Under the pieces are notes generated by a model. It saw only the letters and a list, made by a program, of their open reading frames with translations. It searched no databases and was not told the origin of the DNA. This document shows positions 10,705-21,179 of a DNA stretch of 64,000 nt, one piece after another (the first letter of the stretch is position 1; each line of letters starts with the position of its first letter). The position numbers and the translations under genes were made by a program. The stretch lies in assembly GCA_964428965.1 (NCBI GenBank), contig CAYSAF010000002.1, positions 20,985 through 84,984 of the forward strand, read 5' to 3'. This DNA comes from Candidatus Woesearchaeota archaeon. Its GTDB lineage: Archaea > Nanobdellota > Nanobdellia > SCGC-AAA011-G17 > VGLX01.

Positions 10705-11855
10705 ACATCCTGCTGATGGTTAATGACATGATGTGGCCCAACAGGGGAGGTGGGGCTCCAAGAGTTGACTCTGTTGCAAAAGCATTCAAGAGGGCAGGAC
10801 ACAAAGTCGTGATGTTTGCACCTATAGGAACTGACAAAAAGGAAGCTGAAGAGGCTTTGGGATATGAAGTTATACCTATGAAATACATAAACAGGAATGA
10901 CCCCAAGAAGATAATAAAATATGGCATTAACAACCCCTTCTTAACAATAAAAGCGATAGGCATAATGAGAGATAAGAACATAGACTTGGTGTTTGCGCAT
11001 AACGCAATTTGCGGCTTCCCAGCACTCGTAGCAGCAAAGTTGCTGAAGAAAAAAATGGTTTTCGACCCAACAGACTTTGTGGCTGAATTCGTAAGCGACA
11101 GCATGGGGAACAAAGGATTCAAAAAAGGTTTGCTGAATATTGTAGGCCAGCTTGAAGCGTGGACCATTAAAAATGCAGACAGGGTGATAACAAACACAAA
11201 AACAATAGCTGAAATACTTGAAAAGAAATACGGAAGGAAAGTTGATGTTGTTTATGACTGCGTAAACTTTGATGTATTCCACCCAATTAAAACAAAAAAA
11301 GAAAAAGAGTTCACATACATACTTCAAGGAGGGATGGATCCTCAAGACGGCTTAGAAATACTCATACCAGTTGCAAAAGAGCTGAAAAAAGAAAAAATCA
11401 AATTCAAAATACTTCTTGTTGGCGACGGCAAAGTAGTGCCTATATTAAAGCAAAAGATAGAGCAAGAAAAGATGGACGAACATTTCAAATTCACGGGATG
11501 GGTCACACAAAAAGAGGTTAATGAACTGACAGCAAAGTCTGACGTCGGCTTGGTTATACTCCCAAACAAACTTTCAGGAAGGGTAAGACTCACGCTGAGG
11601 GCGCTAGAGTACTGGGCTTGCGGAAAACCAATAATAGCAGCAGACCTAGATGCCGTCAGAGAGGTGGTAAAACATGAAGAGAACGGATTACTGTACAAAG
11701 CGGAAAACACCTATAGTTTAACACAACAAATGATAAAAATAAACAAGGACAAAAAACTATACAACAAAATAGCCAGAAATGGAAAGGAAAAAGTAAAAGA
11801 ATTCGAAAGCAAAAGGTTGGGGGACCAAATAGCAAACATAATTCTGGAACGATGA
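10701..11855 (+). CDS. Glycosyltransferase family 4
   Basis: GT1 two-domain pattern, with the C-terminal domain 'LEYWACGKPIIAADLDAVREVVKHEENGLLYK'. The start overlaps the upstream stop in an ATGA arrangement. Confidence 0.7.
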   Translation: MNILLMVNDMMWPNRGGGAPRVDSVAKAFKRAGHKVVMFAPIGTDKKEAEEALGYEVIPMKYINRNDPKKIIKYGINNPFLTIKAIGIMRDKNIDLVFAHNAICGFPALVAAKLLKKKMVFDPTDFVAEFVSDSMGNKGFKKGLLNIVGQLEAWTIKNADRVITNTKTIAEILEKKYGRKVDVVYDCVNFDVFHPIKTKKEKEFTYILQGGMDPQDGLEILIPVAKELKKEKIKFKILLVGDGKVVPILKQKIEQEKMDEHFKFTGWVTQKEVNELTAKSDVGLVILPNKLSGRVRLTLRALEYWACGKPIIAADLDAVREVVKHEENGLLYKAENTYSLTQQMIKINKDKKLYNKIARNGKEKVKEFESKRLGDQIANIILER

Positions 11856-13249
11856 AAATAGTGTTGCTGTATCCGAGAATGGAGAACATAAAGGAGATTA
11901 TGACAACTAGGCCTCCCCTAGGTCTGGCTTACTTAGCAGCATCGCTTGAAAGAGAAGGCCATGAAGTAAGAATAATAGATTTAAACATAGAAAAAGTGGA
12001 CATGGGAGAAGAAATCAAAAAATACGACCTGATAGGAATATCCGTGTTAACCGTGTTCTACAATGAAGTAAAAAACTTAATAAAAAAAATAAGGGAAGCA
12101 GACAAAAAAATTCCGATAGTTCTAGGCGGGCCACACATAACCATGATGACAAAACAAGTTATGGAAGAGAACGACGTAAACTTCGCAGTAAGATACGAGG
12201 GGGAAGAAACGATAGTGGAACTTGCAAGAGAACTGGAACAGAAAAAGGACTTCTCAAAAATAAAAGGACTTGCCTACAAGGACAAAGACCGTGTGATAAT
12301 AAACCAAGACAGGGAGTTCAACAAAAATCTCGACGGGATACCAATGCCAGCAAGACACCTTCTAAAGATAAACGAATACGTAAGTTACATGGAAAATGAA
12401 AAATCAACAACCATTCTCACCAGCAGGGGTTGCCCTTATGCCTGTGTCTACTGCTGTAAAACAGAAGGCAGAATGTGGAGGGCTATGAGCGCAAAAAGAG
12501 TAGTCGACGAAATGGAAGAAATATACAAACAATACAACATAAAAGTAATCTACATAGAAGACGACCTTTTCACGTTGGACAAGAAGAGGGTTATAGAAAT
12601 ATGCGGAGAGATAAAAAAAAGAGAACTAAACATAAAATGGATATGCATATCAAGAGTTGACAACGTGGACATAGAAACCCTAAAAGCGATGAAAGGGGCA
12701 GGGTGCATAGAGATAAATTACGGGGTTGAGAGTGGAGACGAGGATGTACTAAAAAAGGTAGGGAAGGGAATAACCTTAGAACAGGCAGAAAACGCATTCA
12801 GGACAACAAAGGAAGCAGGGATAAAAACAAAAGGATACTTCATAATAGGCCTACCATGGGACACTAAGGAAACCGTAGAAAAAACAATAGAATTTGCTAC
12901 AAAGCTCAACGCAGACGAGATACAGTTCAGCATATGCACACCACTACCAGGAACCCCGCTCTGGGAACTGGCTATAAAAGAAGATGCATTGAATCCAAAC
13001 GAAGTGAACTGGGACAACTTCGCATTGATGAGCGCAGACATCGACGGCAAGGTGTATTTCACAAAAAACCTCACAGCAGAAGAGATAATAAAGCTGAGAA
13101 AAAAAGCATACAGAAAACTGATAACTAGAACTTTTTTAAGAAAAATAAAGGAGGGGGATATAAAAACCATCTTAGGCATAATAAATCAGAAGAGAAGGGT
13201 AGGCCTTGGCAAATTCGTAAGGAAAGTGTTTTTACCCTTGGTATGCTAA
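11852..13249 (+). CDS. B12-binding domain radical SAM protein, paralogue 2
   Basis: 'MKIVLLYPRMEN...VLGGPHITM' is the B12-like domain. 'SRGCPYACVYCC' is the rSAM motif. The start overlaps the upstream stop by 4 nt. Confidence 0.75.
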   Translation: MKIVLLYPRMENIKEIMTTRPPLGLAYLAASLEREGHEVRIIDLNIEKVDMGEEIKKYDLIGISVLTVFYNEVKNLIKKIREADKKIPIVLGGPHITMMTKQVMEENDVNFAVRYEGEETIVELARELEQKKDFSKIKGLAYKDKDRVIINQDREFNKNLDGIPMPARHLLKINEYVSYMENEKSTTILTSRGCPYACVYCCKTEGRMWRAMSAKRVVDEMEEIYKQYNIKVIYIEDDLFTLDKKRVIEICGEIKKRELNIKWICISRVDNVDIETLKAMKGAGCIEINYGVESGDEDVLKKVGKGITLEQAENAFRTTKEAGIKTKGYFIIGLPWDTKETVEKTIEFATKLNADEIQFSICTPLPGTPLWELAIKEDALNPNEVNWDNFALMSADIDGKVYFTKNLTAEEIIKLRKKAYRKLITRTFLRKIKEGDIKTILGIINQKRRVGLGKFVRKVFLPLVC

Positions 13250-13298
13250 AAGAAACGTTTTTAAACAAAGGAGTGATTTCAAGAATCTGACTTTTTAG

Positions 13299-14768
13299 GT
13301 GACACTTATGATTAAAACTATGCTCGTATACCCAAGTCCGACAAGGCATGCCATACCCCCATTAGGTATAGCTTACCTAGCATCGATCATCAGGAGTAAA
13401 AGATATGAAGTCAGCATCCTTGATTCCAACGTAGTTAAAGATGAGGAAGATTTTTCTAGGAGAGTCAAAGATTATAACCCTAATTTGATTGGGTTTTCTG
13501 TACAAACCATGTTTATCGATCACGCATTTAAGTATGCAAAAATAGCCAAAGAGAGTGTTCCTAATGCAGTCGTGATTTTCGGGGGGCCACATGCAAGTGT
13601 GATGCCAAAAGAAGTTTTAAATGAACCTTATGTGGACATGTGCATGATAGGCGAGTCAGACATCAGCTTCTTACAACTGATTGAAGCCTTGGACAATGGA
13701 AGAGGCCTTGAAGAAGTTGGCAATCTTTACTACAAAGACAAAAAAGGCCAGATAAAGTTTACAAAAAGACTTCCTTTCATAGAAAACCTTGACAGTATAC
13801 CCCCACCAGCAAGGGATTTATTGCCTATGCAGCACTACTTAAAAAACATCCAACCACCCCCTCTAATGATGCCTTACACACACGTAATAGTAAACAGGGG
13901 ATGCCCGTTCAACTGCAAATTCTGCCAACCCACTTCAGACGTTATGTGGGGGAAGAGGATAAGATACAGGAGTCCGAAGTTGATATGCGATGAAATAGAG
14001 TACCTGCTAAAGAATTATAAGCTCAACATGATAGACATAACAGCTGATACTTTTACAGCGAACAAGGAGTGGGTAAAAGAACTTTGTGGAGAGATTATAA
14101 GGAGGAAGATAAAAATACCATGGATTGCGACAGCTAGGGTGGGTACGGTAAACTACGAGACATTAAGCGAAATGAAAAAGGCTGGATGCATATCAATATT
14201 TGTTGGTGTAGAGTCTGGCTCGCAAAAAATACTCGACGAACTGGGGAAGGGTATAAAAGTTGAACAGATAATACAATACTTCAAATGGTGCAACCAGCTC
14301 GGTATAATAACTAACACTTCGTTTATGGTTGGAAGCCCTGGAGAAACAAAAGAAACCATCAAGGAAACAATAGACCTGATAAAAAAAATAAGGCCGGATT
14401 ACCTAACAGCCTACATTACAACACCTATGCCCGGGACAGACCTTTACAGTTATGCATTCGAGCATGGCATGCTAGAATATCAGAGCATGACTGAAATGGA
14501 CAAGCATCATAGCACCCTAAAAATCGAGGGACTTACAAAAGAAGAGATAATCTATTACAGGGATAAGATTTACATGGAATATGCAAAGCTGAGACTGAAG
14601 TACCTTTTTGACCCCAGGAAAGCATACCTCCACAAATCGATGTTCAAAAGAATTTTAACCCTGAGACATGCAAATTTAAAATCCGCAAAGAAATCTTATC
14701 AGTTATTACATACACCTCACAAGAATCCTGCAAAAAAAATAATAGAGATGGTTATAAAGGCGGTTTAG
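13299..14768 (+). CDS. B12-binding domain radical SAM protein, paralogue 3
   Basis: 'FGGPHASVMP' is the B12-like domain. 'NRGCPFNCKFCQ' is the rSAM motif. Confidence 0.75.
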   Translation: MTLMIKTMLVYPSPTRHAIPPLGIAYLASIIRSKRYEVSILDSNVVKDEEDFSRRVKDYNPNLIGFSVQTMFIDHAFKYAKIAKESVPNAVVIFGGPHASVMPKEVLNEPYVDMCMIGESDISFLQLIEALDNGRGLEEVGNLYYKDKKGQIKFTKRLPFIENLDSIPPPARDLLPMQHYLKNIQPPPLMMPYTHVIVNRGCPFNCKFCQPTSDVMWGKRIRYRSPKLICDEIEYLLKNYKLNMIDITADTFTANKEWVKELCGEIIRRKIKIPWIATARVGTVNYETLSEMKKAGCISIFVGVESGSQKILDELGKGIKVEQIIQYFKWCNQLGIITNTSFMVGSPGETKETIKETIDLIKKIRPDYLTAYITTPMPGTDLYSYAFEHGMLEYQSMTEMDKHHSTLKIEGLTKEEIIYYRDKIYMEYAKLRLKYLFDPRKAYLHKSMFKRILTLRHANLKSAKKSYQLLHTPHKNPAKKIIEMVIKAV

Positions 14769-15281
14769 ATGAAAAAAATAAAACTAGAAACAAAACCAGG
14801 AGAAAAAAAGATAGTTGAATTCGGACCTGGAAGGAACCCTAGAGAGGATGCAAACATTTTTGTAGACCTAGACCCTAAACTCATAAAAGGGCTGAGAAAC
14901 CCCATAGTCTGGGACCTAAATAAGCTACCGCTACCCTTTGAAAATGATTCCATAGACAAGATATACTTGGACAGCGTTGTAGAACACCTTGATGTACCAC
15001 TGGCATTATTCATGAAGGAAATCTGGAGAATACTCAAATATGGAGGGGAGGCAGAACTTTTGCTACCAAACACCTACTTCTTAACCAAAAGAGTTATGTT
15101 CATGATAGGGATACTACACAACAACTTCAGGCCACAACATAGAAAATACGTCAATTACAGCTTTGTCTGGCACACAATAAAGGAAGCAGGGTTCTGGGTA
15201 GAAAAAGAACCATACAAGTTCCTGCCATTCAAAAACCTGCTGCTTCCAAGGATAGAGATGATCCTAAAAAAAGAGCCCTGA
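14769..15281 (+). CDS. Small methyltransferase-like protein. It is a paralogue of 3929..4459.
   Basis: It shares 'E(F/L)GPG', '(F/L)P(Y/L)PF(K/E)(D/N)(N/D)' and 'EHL' blocks with the 3929..4459 product. It starts immediately after the B12-rSAM stop. Confidence 0.45.
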   Translation: MKKIKLETKPGEKKIVEFGPGRNPREDANIFVDLDPKLIKGLRNPIVWDLNKLPLPFENDSIDKIYLDSVVEHLDVPLALFMKEIWRILKYGGEAELLLPNTYFLTKRVMFMIGILHNNFRPQHRKYVNYSFVWHTIKEAGFWVEKEPYKFLPFKNLLLPRIEMILKKEP

Positions 15282-15284
15282 AAA

Positions 15285-16511
15285 ATGGAAACCTTAAAGA
15301 TTTTAATGGCCACCATGGAATACCCCCCATATCCTCTTGGGGGGACTGGAAGGTTTGCAGTAAACCTAATAGAGGACTTCAAAAAAAAACACGAGGTCAC
15401 GGTACTCACAAACTGGGTAAAGGATTCCGAATCAAAGCTGAGTGAAGAAGAAGGAAATGTCGTTATAAAAAGACTGAAGCTAGATTCTGTCAGCTTCTTA
15501 CACAAATCAGCTTCACAAAAGCAAAACAGAACTGTAGTGGACCAAAGGATTATTTTCGGATTAGCTGTTAGGAAATACTTAAAAAAAGCAGAACTGAAAC
15601 AATATGATATCCTGCACAACATAGACGTAAACAGCGCTTCTTTCATAGACTACAAGACCTTAAACAAAAATATAAAAACCATTGCCACGTTGCACGACTA
15701 CTACACACTAACTGCGTCATGGAATCCCTCAAAATTCCCTTACAAATCCTCTGATTTTATCTACAGGTATCCCCACCACAACATAACAAAATACTTTAAT
15801 GTTAGAACGATAAGGAACTCTTCAAAATTAACCTCAAACAGCAACTATGTAAAAAACATTGCTGTGAAAGAAGCAAAAATTCCTGAAGAGAAAGTAAGTG
15901 TGATACACCACGGTATAGACTACAAGAAATTCAACGTAAAACCAGCTAAAGACAAATACACAAACCACACTGTTTTATTCATAGGCGGAAATATGGAAAG
16001 GAAAGGGGCTAAAGACGTTATAATGTCAGCACCACAAACCTTGAAGTATTATCCAGACACAAAGTACATAATGGTTGGAGACGCGCCGAAAAAATATATG
16101 ACAGAGATAAAAAGCTTCATAAAAACACACAACGCCGAGGACAACTTCCAATTCGTGAAACGCATACCAGAAACAGACCTGGTACCTTCTTACCAAAAAG
16201 CAAACGTGTTTATCATGCCATCTATGGTCGAAGCGCTTGGTCTTGTCTACATGGAAGCTATGACCACAAAGACGCCTGTTATAGGGCCCAACGTCGGTGG
16301 CGTACCAGAGGTAGTAACAGAGGATACAGGCTTCTTGGTCAGTCCAAAAAACCCAGAGGAGATACACAAGGCCATAAAGGCCATATTTGATAACCCTGAA
16401 AAATCCAAGGAGATGGGCAAGAAGGGTAATGAGAGGGTAAAAAACTGTTTCAGAAAGGAGCTGATGAGCAAGAAAATGCTTGAAGTGTACAAAGAAACGA
16501 TAAACTCTTAA
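15285..16511 (+). CDS. Glycosyltransferase family 4
   Basis: C-terminal 'MPSMVEALGLVYMEAMTTKTPVIGPNVGGVPEVVTEDTGFLV'. Confidence 0.8.
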   Translation: METLKILMATMEYPPYPLGGTGRFAVNLIEDFKKKHEVTVLTNWVKDSESKLSEEEGNVVIKRLKLDSVSFLHKSASQKQNRTVVDQRIIFGLAVRKYLKKAELKQYDILHNIDVNSASFIDYKTLNKNIKTIATLHDYYTLTASWNPSKFPYKSSDFIYRYPHHNITKYFNVRTIRNSSKLTSNSNYVKNIAVKEAKIPEEKVSVIHHGIDYKKFNVKPAKDKYTNHTVLFIGGNMERKGAKDVIMSAPQTLKYYPDTKYIMVGDAPKKYMTEIKSFIKTHNAEDNFQFVKRIPETDLVPSYQKANVFIMPSMVEALGLVYMEAMTTKTPVIGPNVGGVPEVVTEDTGFLVSPKNPEEIHKAIKAIFDNPEKSKEMGKKGNERVKNCFRKELMSKKMLEVYKETINS

Positions 16512-16513
16512 GT

Positions 16514-17491
16514 TTATACCTTAAATTCCTCTTTAAACACCTTCTTAACGTACTTGAACTCTTCTATGAAAACCACCAATACCAGAAGAAGGAAAGCATA
16601 TGGTATAGGTACGACTATAAGGTCCTGACTTAGAATAACCTCTTTGGGAACGTTTAGCTTACTATAAAAAAACAGTATGGACAGTTCAACGAAACCGAGA
16701 CCGTTAAAAGTAATGGGAATTAGGGTGACCACAGCACAAAAATTTGTAATCAAAAATATGTAAAGGGGGTTAACGTAAACGCCAAGGCCCAGGAAAATGA
16801 AGTAACTCATGAAGGCGAGGGAAAACCACTTGGTTACTGACACAAAAAAGTTGATAAGCAATACCTGAGGCTTATTCTTTAAAAGGAAAAATAAAAGCTT
16901 TGAAAAACCTTCAAAATGGATTGAGTAAGACCTCAACAGGTACCGACGTATCAGATAGCGCCCCTTTTCAGAGAAGAAAAAGAAGACCGCAACAAAAAAG
17001 ACGAATGATAAAACAAGGACCAAACCTAAGATTAAGTTCTTGGGTATAACGAAAATAAAGAGGGCCACCAAAGCAGCTATTGAAACAGCGATAAAAGAGA
17101 TGAACTTATCCAAAAAAGAAATGGCAGCGCCTTGGCCTAGGGGGATACTTTCTTTTCTCAAGAAATAAAGCATAGAGAACTCACCTATCCTGCCAGGGGT
17201 CAACATGCCCGTGGCCAAACTGAGGAGGTAATACTTGAAAAGATTCCAAAAACCTAATCCGAAACCGGAAGCCCTTACCAGTATATACAAACTGTAAACT
17301 CCCCCTAAGTAGGATAAAAAAACAAATGGAGGTATAGCCAAAAGATATATCAACTTGAAGTTTTTAAAAGCGCTAAAAATCTTATCAAAACCTACGTAAT
17401 AAAATATGACCAGTACAAACAACAAACCAAAAATAAGCTTAAAGATGTTCTTAGCCTTCATTTTACCTCTTTTTATAAAATTTGACAGCAT
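16514..17491 (-). CDS. UPF0104/LPG-synthase-TM-like integral membrane protein. It is flippase-like and is often partnered with polyprenol-phosphate GT2 genes.
   Basis: About 8 TM helices. It lies adjacent to a DPM-synthase-like GT2 on the same strand. Confidence 0.45.
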   Translation of the reverse strand: MLSNFIKRGKMKAKNIFKLIFGLLFVLVIFYYVGFDKIFSAFKNFKLIYLLAIPPFVFLSYLGGVYSLYILVRASGFGLGFWNLFKYYLLSLATGMLTPGRIGEFSMLYFLRKESIPLGQGAAISFLDKFISFIAVSIAALVALFIFVIPKNLILGLVLVLSFVFFVAVFFFFSEKGRYLIRRYLLRSYSIHFEGFSKLLFFLLKNKPQVLLINFFVSVTKWFSLAFMSYFIFLGLGVYVNPLYIFLITNFCAVVTLIPITFNGLGFVELSILFFYSKLNVPKEVILSQDLIVVPIPYAFLLLVLVVFIEEFKYVKKVFKEEFKV

Positions 17492-17509
17492 TTAAATTTT
17501 ATCAAAAAG

Positions 17510-18397
17510 CTACTTCCTGTTCATGTCAGCCAAAAATCCGAACAAGACTATCTGGACACCGGTAATTATGAGGAGCATAGTGAGGATAGTAGAAGGAAGG
17601 TGACCGACAACGCCTGTTGTCAAAAAAAGATAAACAAGCCAGAGGCCAAGCAAAAACCCCGTGAGAATAAAAAAAGCACCAACCCAACCAAAAAACTTCA
17701 AAGGCTCATAGTCACGGTAAATCCTCAGGATGTTTATCCAAGCACGGAAGGCATACTCAAAGGGGCCCTTCATCAACCTGCTCTTACCATACCTCTTAGC
17801 AAAATAGACAGGCACCTCAACCACCCTAAACTTCTGGCGCACAGCCTTTATTATCTGCTCCTGGGTGTAAGTATGACTTGAAGTCAAAACTATAGACTCG
17901 GCAACCCTCCTCGTGAAAGCCCTAAAACCGGTCTGACAATCACTTATCCTCATACGAATTATTCTTGATATCACATTAGAAAAAGCAACGTTGCCAAGAC
18001 GCTTGATCCAGGGCATATACTCTATTTTGCCCCTAAACCTCGAGCCGAGAACAAGGTCGTAGCCAAGCCCTATAGGTTCTAATAATCTCGGCATGTCAGA
18101 AGCGAGATACTGGCCATCAGCATCTGTGTGAAGAATAACGTCAGCACCTATCTTCAAGCAAGCCTGAATCTCTGTCCTGAAGGTCTCGGCAAGACCGTAG
18201 TTGATAGGATGAGAAACAACCATTGCACCAGCCTCTCGAGCAACTCTGGCAGTAGCATCCCTGCTGCCATCATCAACCACCAAAACCTTGTAATCGTACT
18301 TGGTTCTGTCCATGACCTGCTTTATATCAGACACCAATCTACCAATAGTCCTCTGCTCGTTGTAAGCCGGAATCGTAATCATAACCTTCATGGCCAC
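17510..18397 (-). CDS. GT2 polyprenol/dolichol-phosphate sugar synthase (DPM1/AglD-like) with a C-terminal TM anchor
   Basis: 'VMITIPAYNEQRTIGRLV', 'VLVVDDGSRD', a DAD motif 'HTDADGQY', and two C-terminal TM helices. Confidence 0.75.
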   Translation of the reverse strand: MAMKVMITIPAYNEQRTIGRLVSDIKQVMDRTKYDYKVLVVDDGSRDATARVAREAGAMVVSHPINYGLAETFRTEIQACLKIGADVILHTDADGQYLASDMPRLLEPIGLGYDLVLGSRFRGKIEYMPWIKRLGNVAFSNVISRIIRMRISDCQTGFRAFTRRVAESIVLTSSHTYTQEQIIKAVRQKFRVVEVPVYFAKRYGKSRLMKGPFEYAFRAWINILRIYRDYEPLKFFGWVGAFFILTGFLLGLWLVYLFLTTGVVGHLPSTILTMLLIITGVQIVLFGFLADMNRK

Positions 18398-18403
18398 TCT
18401 ACC

Positions 18404-20134
18404 TCAAACAACCCTGTATAAATAAATTTCGCCTCTCTGATAAACAATGGGCAAATCAAGCACCTTCTTAGTAACCAAATAATCAAAACCTTCGCGGTTT
18501 GAAACATCCCCTATAAACACGTCATGATCCATCCAAAAATCTATCACGCTCACAGAAGAACCGTCGGAAAAACCCTCATATACACACACTTCTCCCAACT
18601 TTTCAATCTTACAGCTGTCATCCCAGTCAAACAGGAAAACAGAGTGCTGCTTAACATTGTCATTTATCCAAAGCCCAAGCTGCATGCCCTCATTCCTGTA
18701 CCAAAACATTTCAGAGTTGTAATAATTGACTGCAAAAACCAGTATTGAAGAAGATAAAAACAAGATTAAGAAAAGCAAAAAAAGCTTTTTTAAATTAAAC
18801 CCCAGAACATACAGAATTATTAAAGAGATAAGAGGCAGTAGTACGAATAGAAGTATAAAAAAGACAAGGGAAACAGGGGAGAATACAGGGGTGAAGGTAG
18901 AAACACCGTAAACAAGGTAGTCAAAAGCGTAAACAAAAAAGCCGAAATGCGTCAAAGACGGATTGTTAACTGGAAAGAGAGGGAAGAAGACAATCTGAGA
19001 GGCAAAAAACAAAAATAACATCGTAAGAAGTGAATAGAAAATCAGAGATTTCTTCTTGTAAAGCTGCAAACCAACAAAACCAGCTATTAAAACAAGTGGC
19101 AAAACAAAATCTATGTAACGACCCATAACCCTACCAGTAAGCCAGCTAAAGATGGTGGTGTATATAACATAATCCCTGTTGCCACTCGAGCTGTGATTTG
19201 CCACGACTAAAACAGACAAAATGACTGAAATAACAAGTAGCAACGAAAACAAAAACAACTTGTCATTAGCTTTACGCTTAAAAACCATAAATGAAAGGAT
19301 AAAAAAAACTACACCAGAGGCAAGAGCGATATAACCAAGATAAACAAGCGACCAAGTAACGAGAGGCCAAAAAGCTGACCAAGCCTCACCAACCCTGCTA
19401 TCAGACAATTCAGAGGCATAGCTACCCAAAATTCCATCTGTTGTAAAGCCAAACAAAAGACCGTTCCTGACAAGCCAAGGAGAAACCACTAGAAAAGAAA
19501 CAAGGCCTATAACAAGTATCTTCCTAACAAGCAAAGCATCTCTTTTCTGGAAAAGCCTTGCACAAAACAAAAGAAAAGTTATTGGAACCAGAACAATGCC
19601 TATGCTCCTGGAAAGAAAAGTCAAGCCGATAAACAAACCAGCAAATACATCGTTAAGGTAAGCAGTGCCTGTAAATGACTTGTAGACAAAATACATTGAG
19701 AACATGAAGAGGGGGTAGAAGAGATTCTCTGCCATTATGTAGCCAGAGAAAGAAAAGTTAGAAGGCAAAACAGAAACCAAGACAGCGACGAGCAAAGACT
19801 TTTTATCAGAGAGGAACTCACGAGCAAGCAAAAAAACAGGAAAGATTATCAAAGAAGATAATAAAACGTTAACCAACTTCATAACAAAGTAAACATACCT
19901 CATATCGTCAAGGATATAGGAAAATGATAAAACAATAGGGTACAGCGGTGGGTACTGATGGGTTGGAACGCCGTGAATGGAAAATGTCAGAGAGTCATAA
20001 AAGCTCTGTGCCATCTTAACATACACGTAGTCGTCACTAAACGCAGAGGGGGCTGGAATGAAAGAAACTAAAAGAAGCTTAACTAAAACAAACATAAAGT
20101 ATAACAAAATAAGCCTTTTAAAACCCGAATCCAT
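18404..20134 (-). CDS. GT-C membrane glycosyltransferase, like the GT39/GT83 (ArnT/PMT) families
   Basis: 576 aa with about 12 or more TM helices and an early loop Asp pair 'FSDDYVY'. It is co-oriented with the Dol-P-sugar synthase. Confidence 0.5.
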   Translation of the reverse strand: MDSGFKRLILLYFMFVLVKLLLVSFIPAPSAFSDDYVYVKMAQSFYDSLTFSIHGVPTHQYPPLYPIVLSFSYILDDMRYVYFVMKLVNVLLSSLIIFPVFLLAREFLSDKKSLLVAVLVSVLPSNFSFSGYIMAENLFYPLFMFSMYFVYKSFTGTAYLNDVFAGLFIGLTFLSRSIGIVLVPITFLLFCARLFQKRDALLVRKILVIGLVSFLVVSPWLVRNGLLFGFTTDGILGSYASELSDSRVGEAWSAFWPLVTWSLVYLGYIALASGVVFFILSFMVFKRKANDKLFLFSLLLVISVILSVLVVANHSSSGNRDYVIYTTIFSWLTGRVMGRYIDFVLPLVLIAGFVGLQLYKKKSLIFYSLLTMLFLFFASQIVFFPLFPVNNPSLTHFGFFVYAFDYLVYGVSTFTPVFSPVSLVFFILLFVLLPLISLIILYVLGFNLKKLFLLFLILFLSSSILVFAVNYYNSEMFWYRNEGMQLGLWINDNVKQHSVFLFDWDDSCKIEKLGEVCVYEGFSDGSSVSVIDFWMDHDVFIGDVSNREGFDYLVTKKVLDLPIVYQRGEIYLYRVV

Positions 20135-20225
20135 CTTTACACGGTGCTAAAAATTAGTTTAAAAGCTTTGTTGTCATAAATAAGAATATAGTAATTTATT
20201 TAAATTTCAAAGAGTTAGAAACTTT

Positions 20226-21005
20226 ATGGTAAAAGTAGGAATCATAGGCGGGTCAGGGGTATACGACCCCAACCTATTCGAGGATGCAAAAAAGATAAAG
20301 GTGCACACACCCTACGGAAAGACCTCCAGCCTTGTGACAGCGGGAAAATTCAAAGGGGTGGACATGGTAGTCATAGCAAGGCATGAAGAGGGGCACAGGA
20401 TAAACCCAACAGACGTGAACTACAGGGCAAACATATGGGCTATGAAAGAATTGGGGGTTACACACATAATAGCAACAGGAGCAGTAGGTTCTTTAAAGGA
20501 AGAGATAAAACCGGGTGACTTAGTGTTTACTGACCAATTCATAGACAGAACAACAAAAAGAAAATCAACGTTCTACGAAGGCAACCAGGTTTGCCACATA
20601 AGCATAGCAGACCCAACATGCAATAAACTAAGGGATATCCTAATAAAAGGGGCAAAAAAGCTTGGAATACCCCATCACGAAAATGGAACTTGTGTGGTGA
20701 TAGAAGGGCCGAGGTTCTCAACAAAAGCAGAGAGCGCAATGCACAAAATTTGGGGAGCGGACATAGTGGGCATGACCATGGTGCCAGAGTGCGTGCTGGC
20801 AAGAGAAGCTGGAATTTGTTATGCTACCGTATCCCTAGTAACAGACTATGACGTGTGGAAAGAACAACACGTTAGTATAGACGGGATAATAAGGGTCATG
20901 GGCCAAAACCTAGACAAGTTTAAAAAACTCATGGCAGAGGTAATACCCCAAATAGACTTTGAGGAGTGCGGGTGCAAGCACGCCATGGACACAGCAATGG
21001 TCTAG
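20226..21005 (+). CDS. mtnP: 5'-methylthioadenosine (purine nucleoside) phosphorylase
   Basis: 'MVKVGIIGGSGVYDP...HTPYGK' and 'NIWAMKELGVTHIIATGAVGSL', plus a C-terminal Cys-rich tail typical of archaeal MTAP. Confidence 0.85.
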   Translation: MVKVGIIGGSGVYDPNLFEDAKKIKVHTPYGKTSSLVTAGKFKGVDMVVIARHEEGHRINPTDVNYRANIWAMKELGVTHIIATGAVGSLKEEIKPGDLVFTDQFIDRTTKRKSTFYEGNQVCHISIADPTCNKLRDILIKGAKKLGIPHHENGTCVVIEGPRFSTKAESAMHKIWGADIVGMTMVPECVLAREAGICYATVSLVTDYDVWKEQHVSIDGIIRVMGQNLDKFKKLMAEVIPQIDFEECGCKHAMDTAMV

Positions 21006-21179
21006 TCGTCATCGATACCATAGAAAGGTTTAAATATGAAAAATTTCTTTTAAATATAAGGTTATTACGGTAAAAAAATAAAAAAGGAGGCGGTTAAAAT
21101 ATCAAAAAAGAAACAACTATTCCAACCTTCTAGCCAGAAAACGATAATAGTAAGCCTGGTTATAATTCTTGTTGCACTT

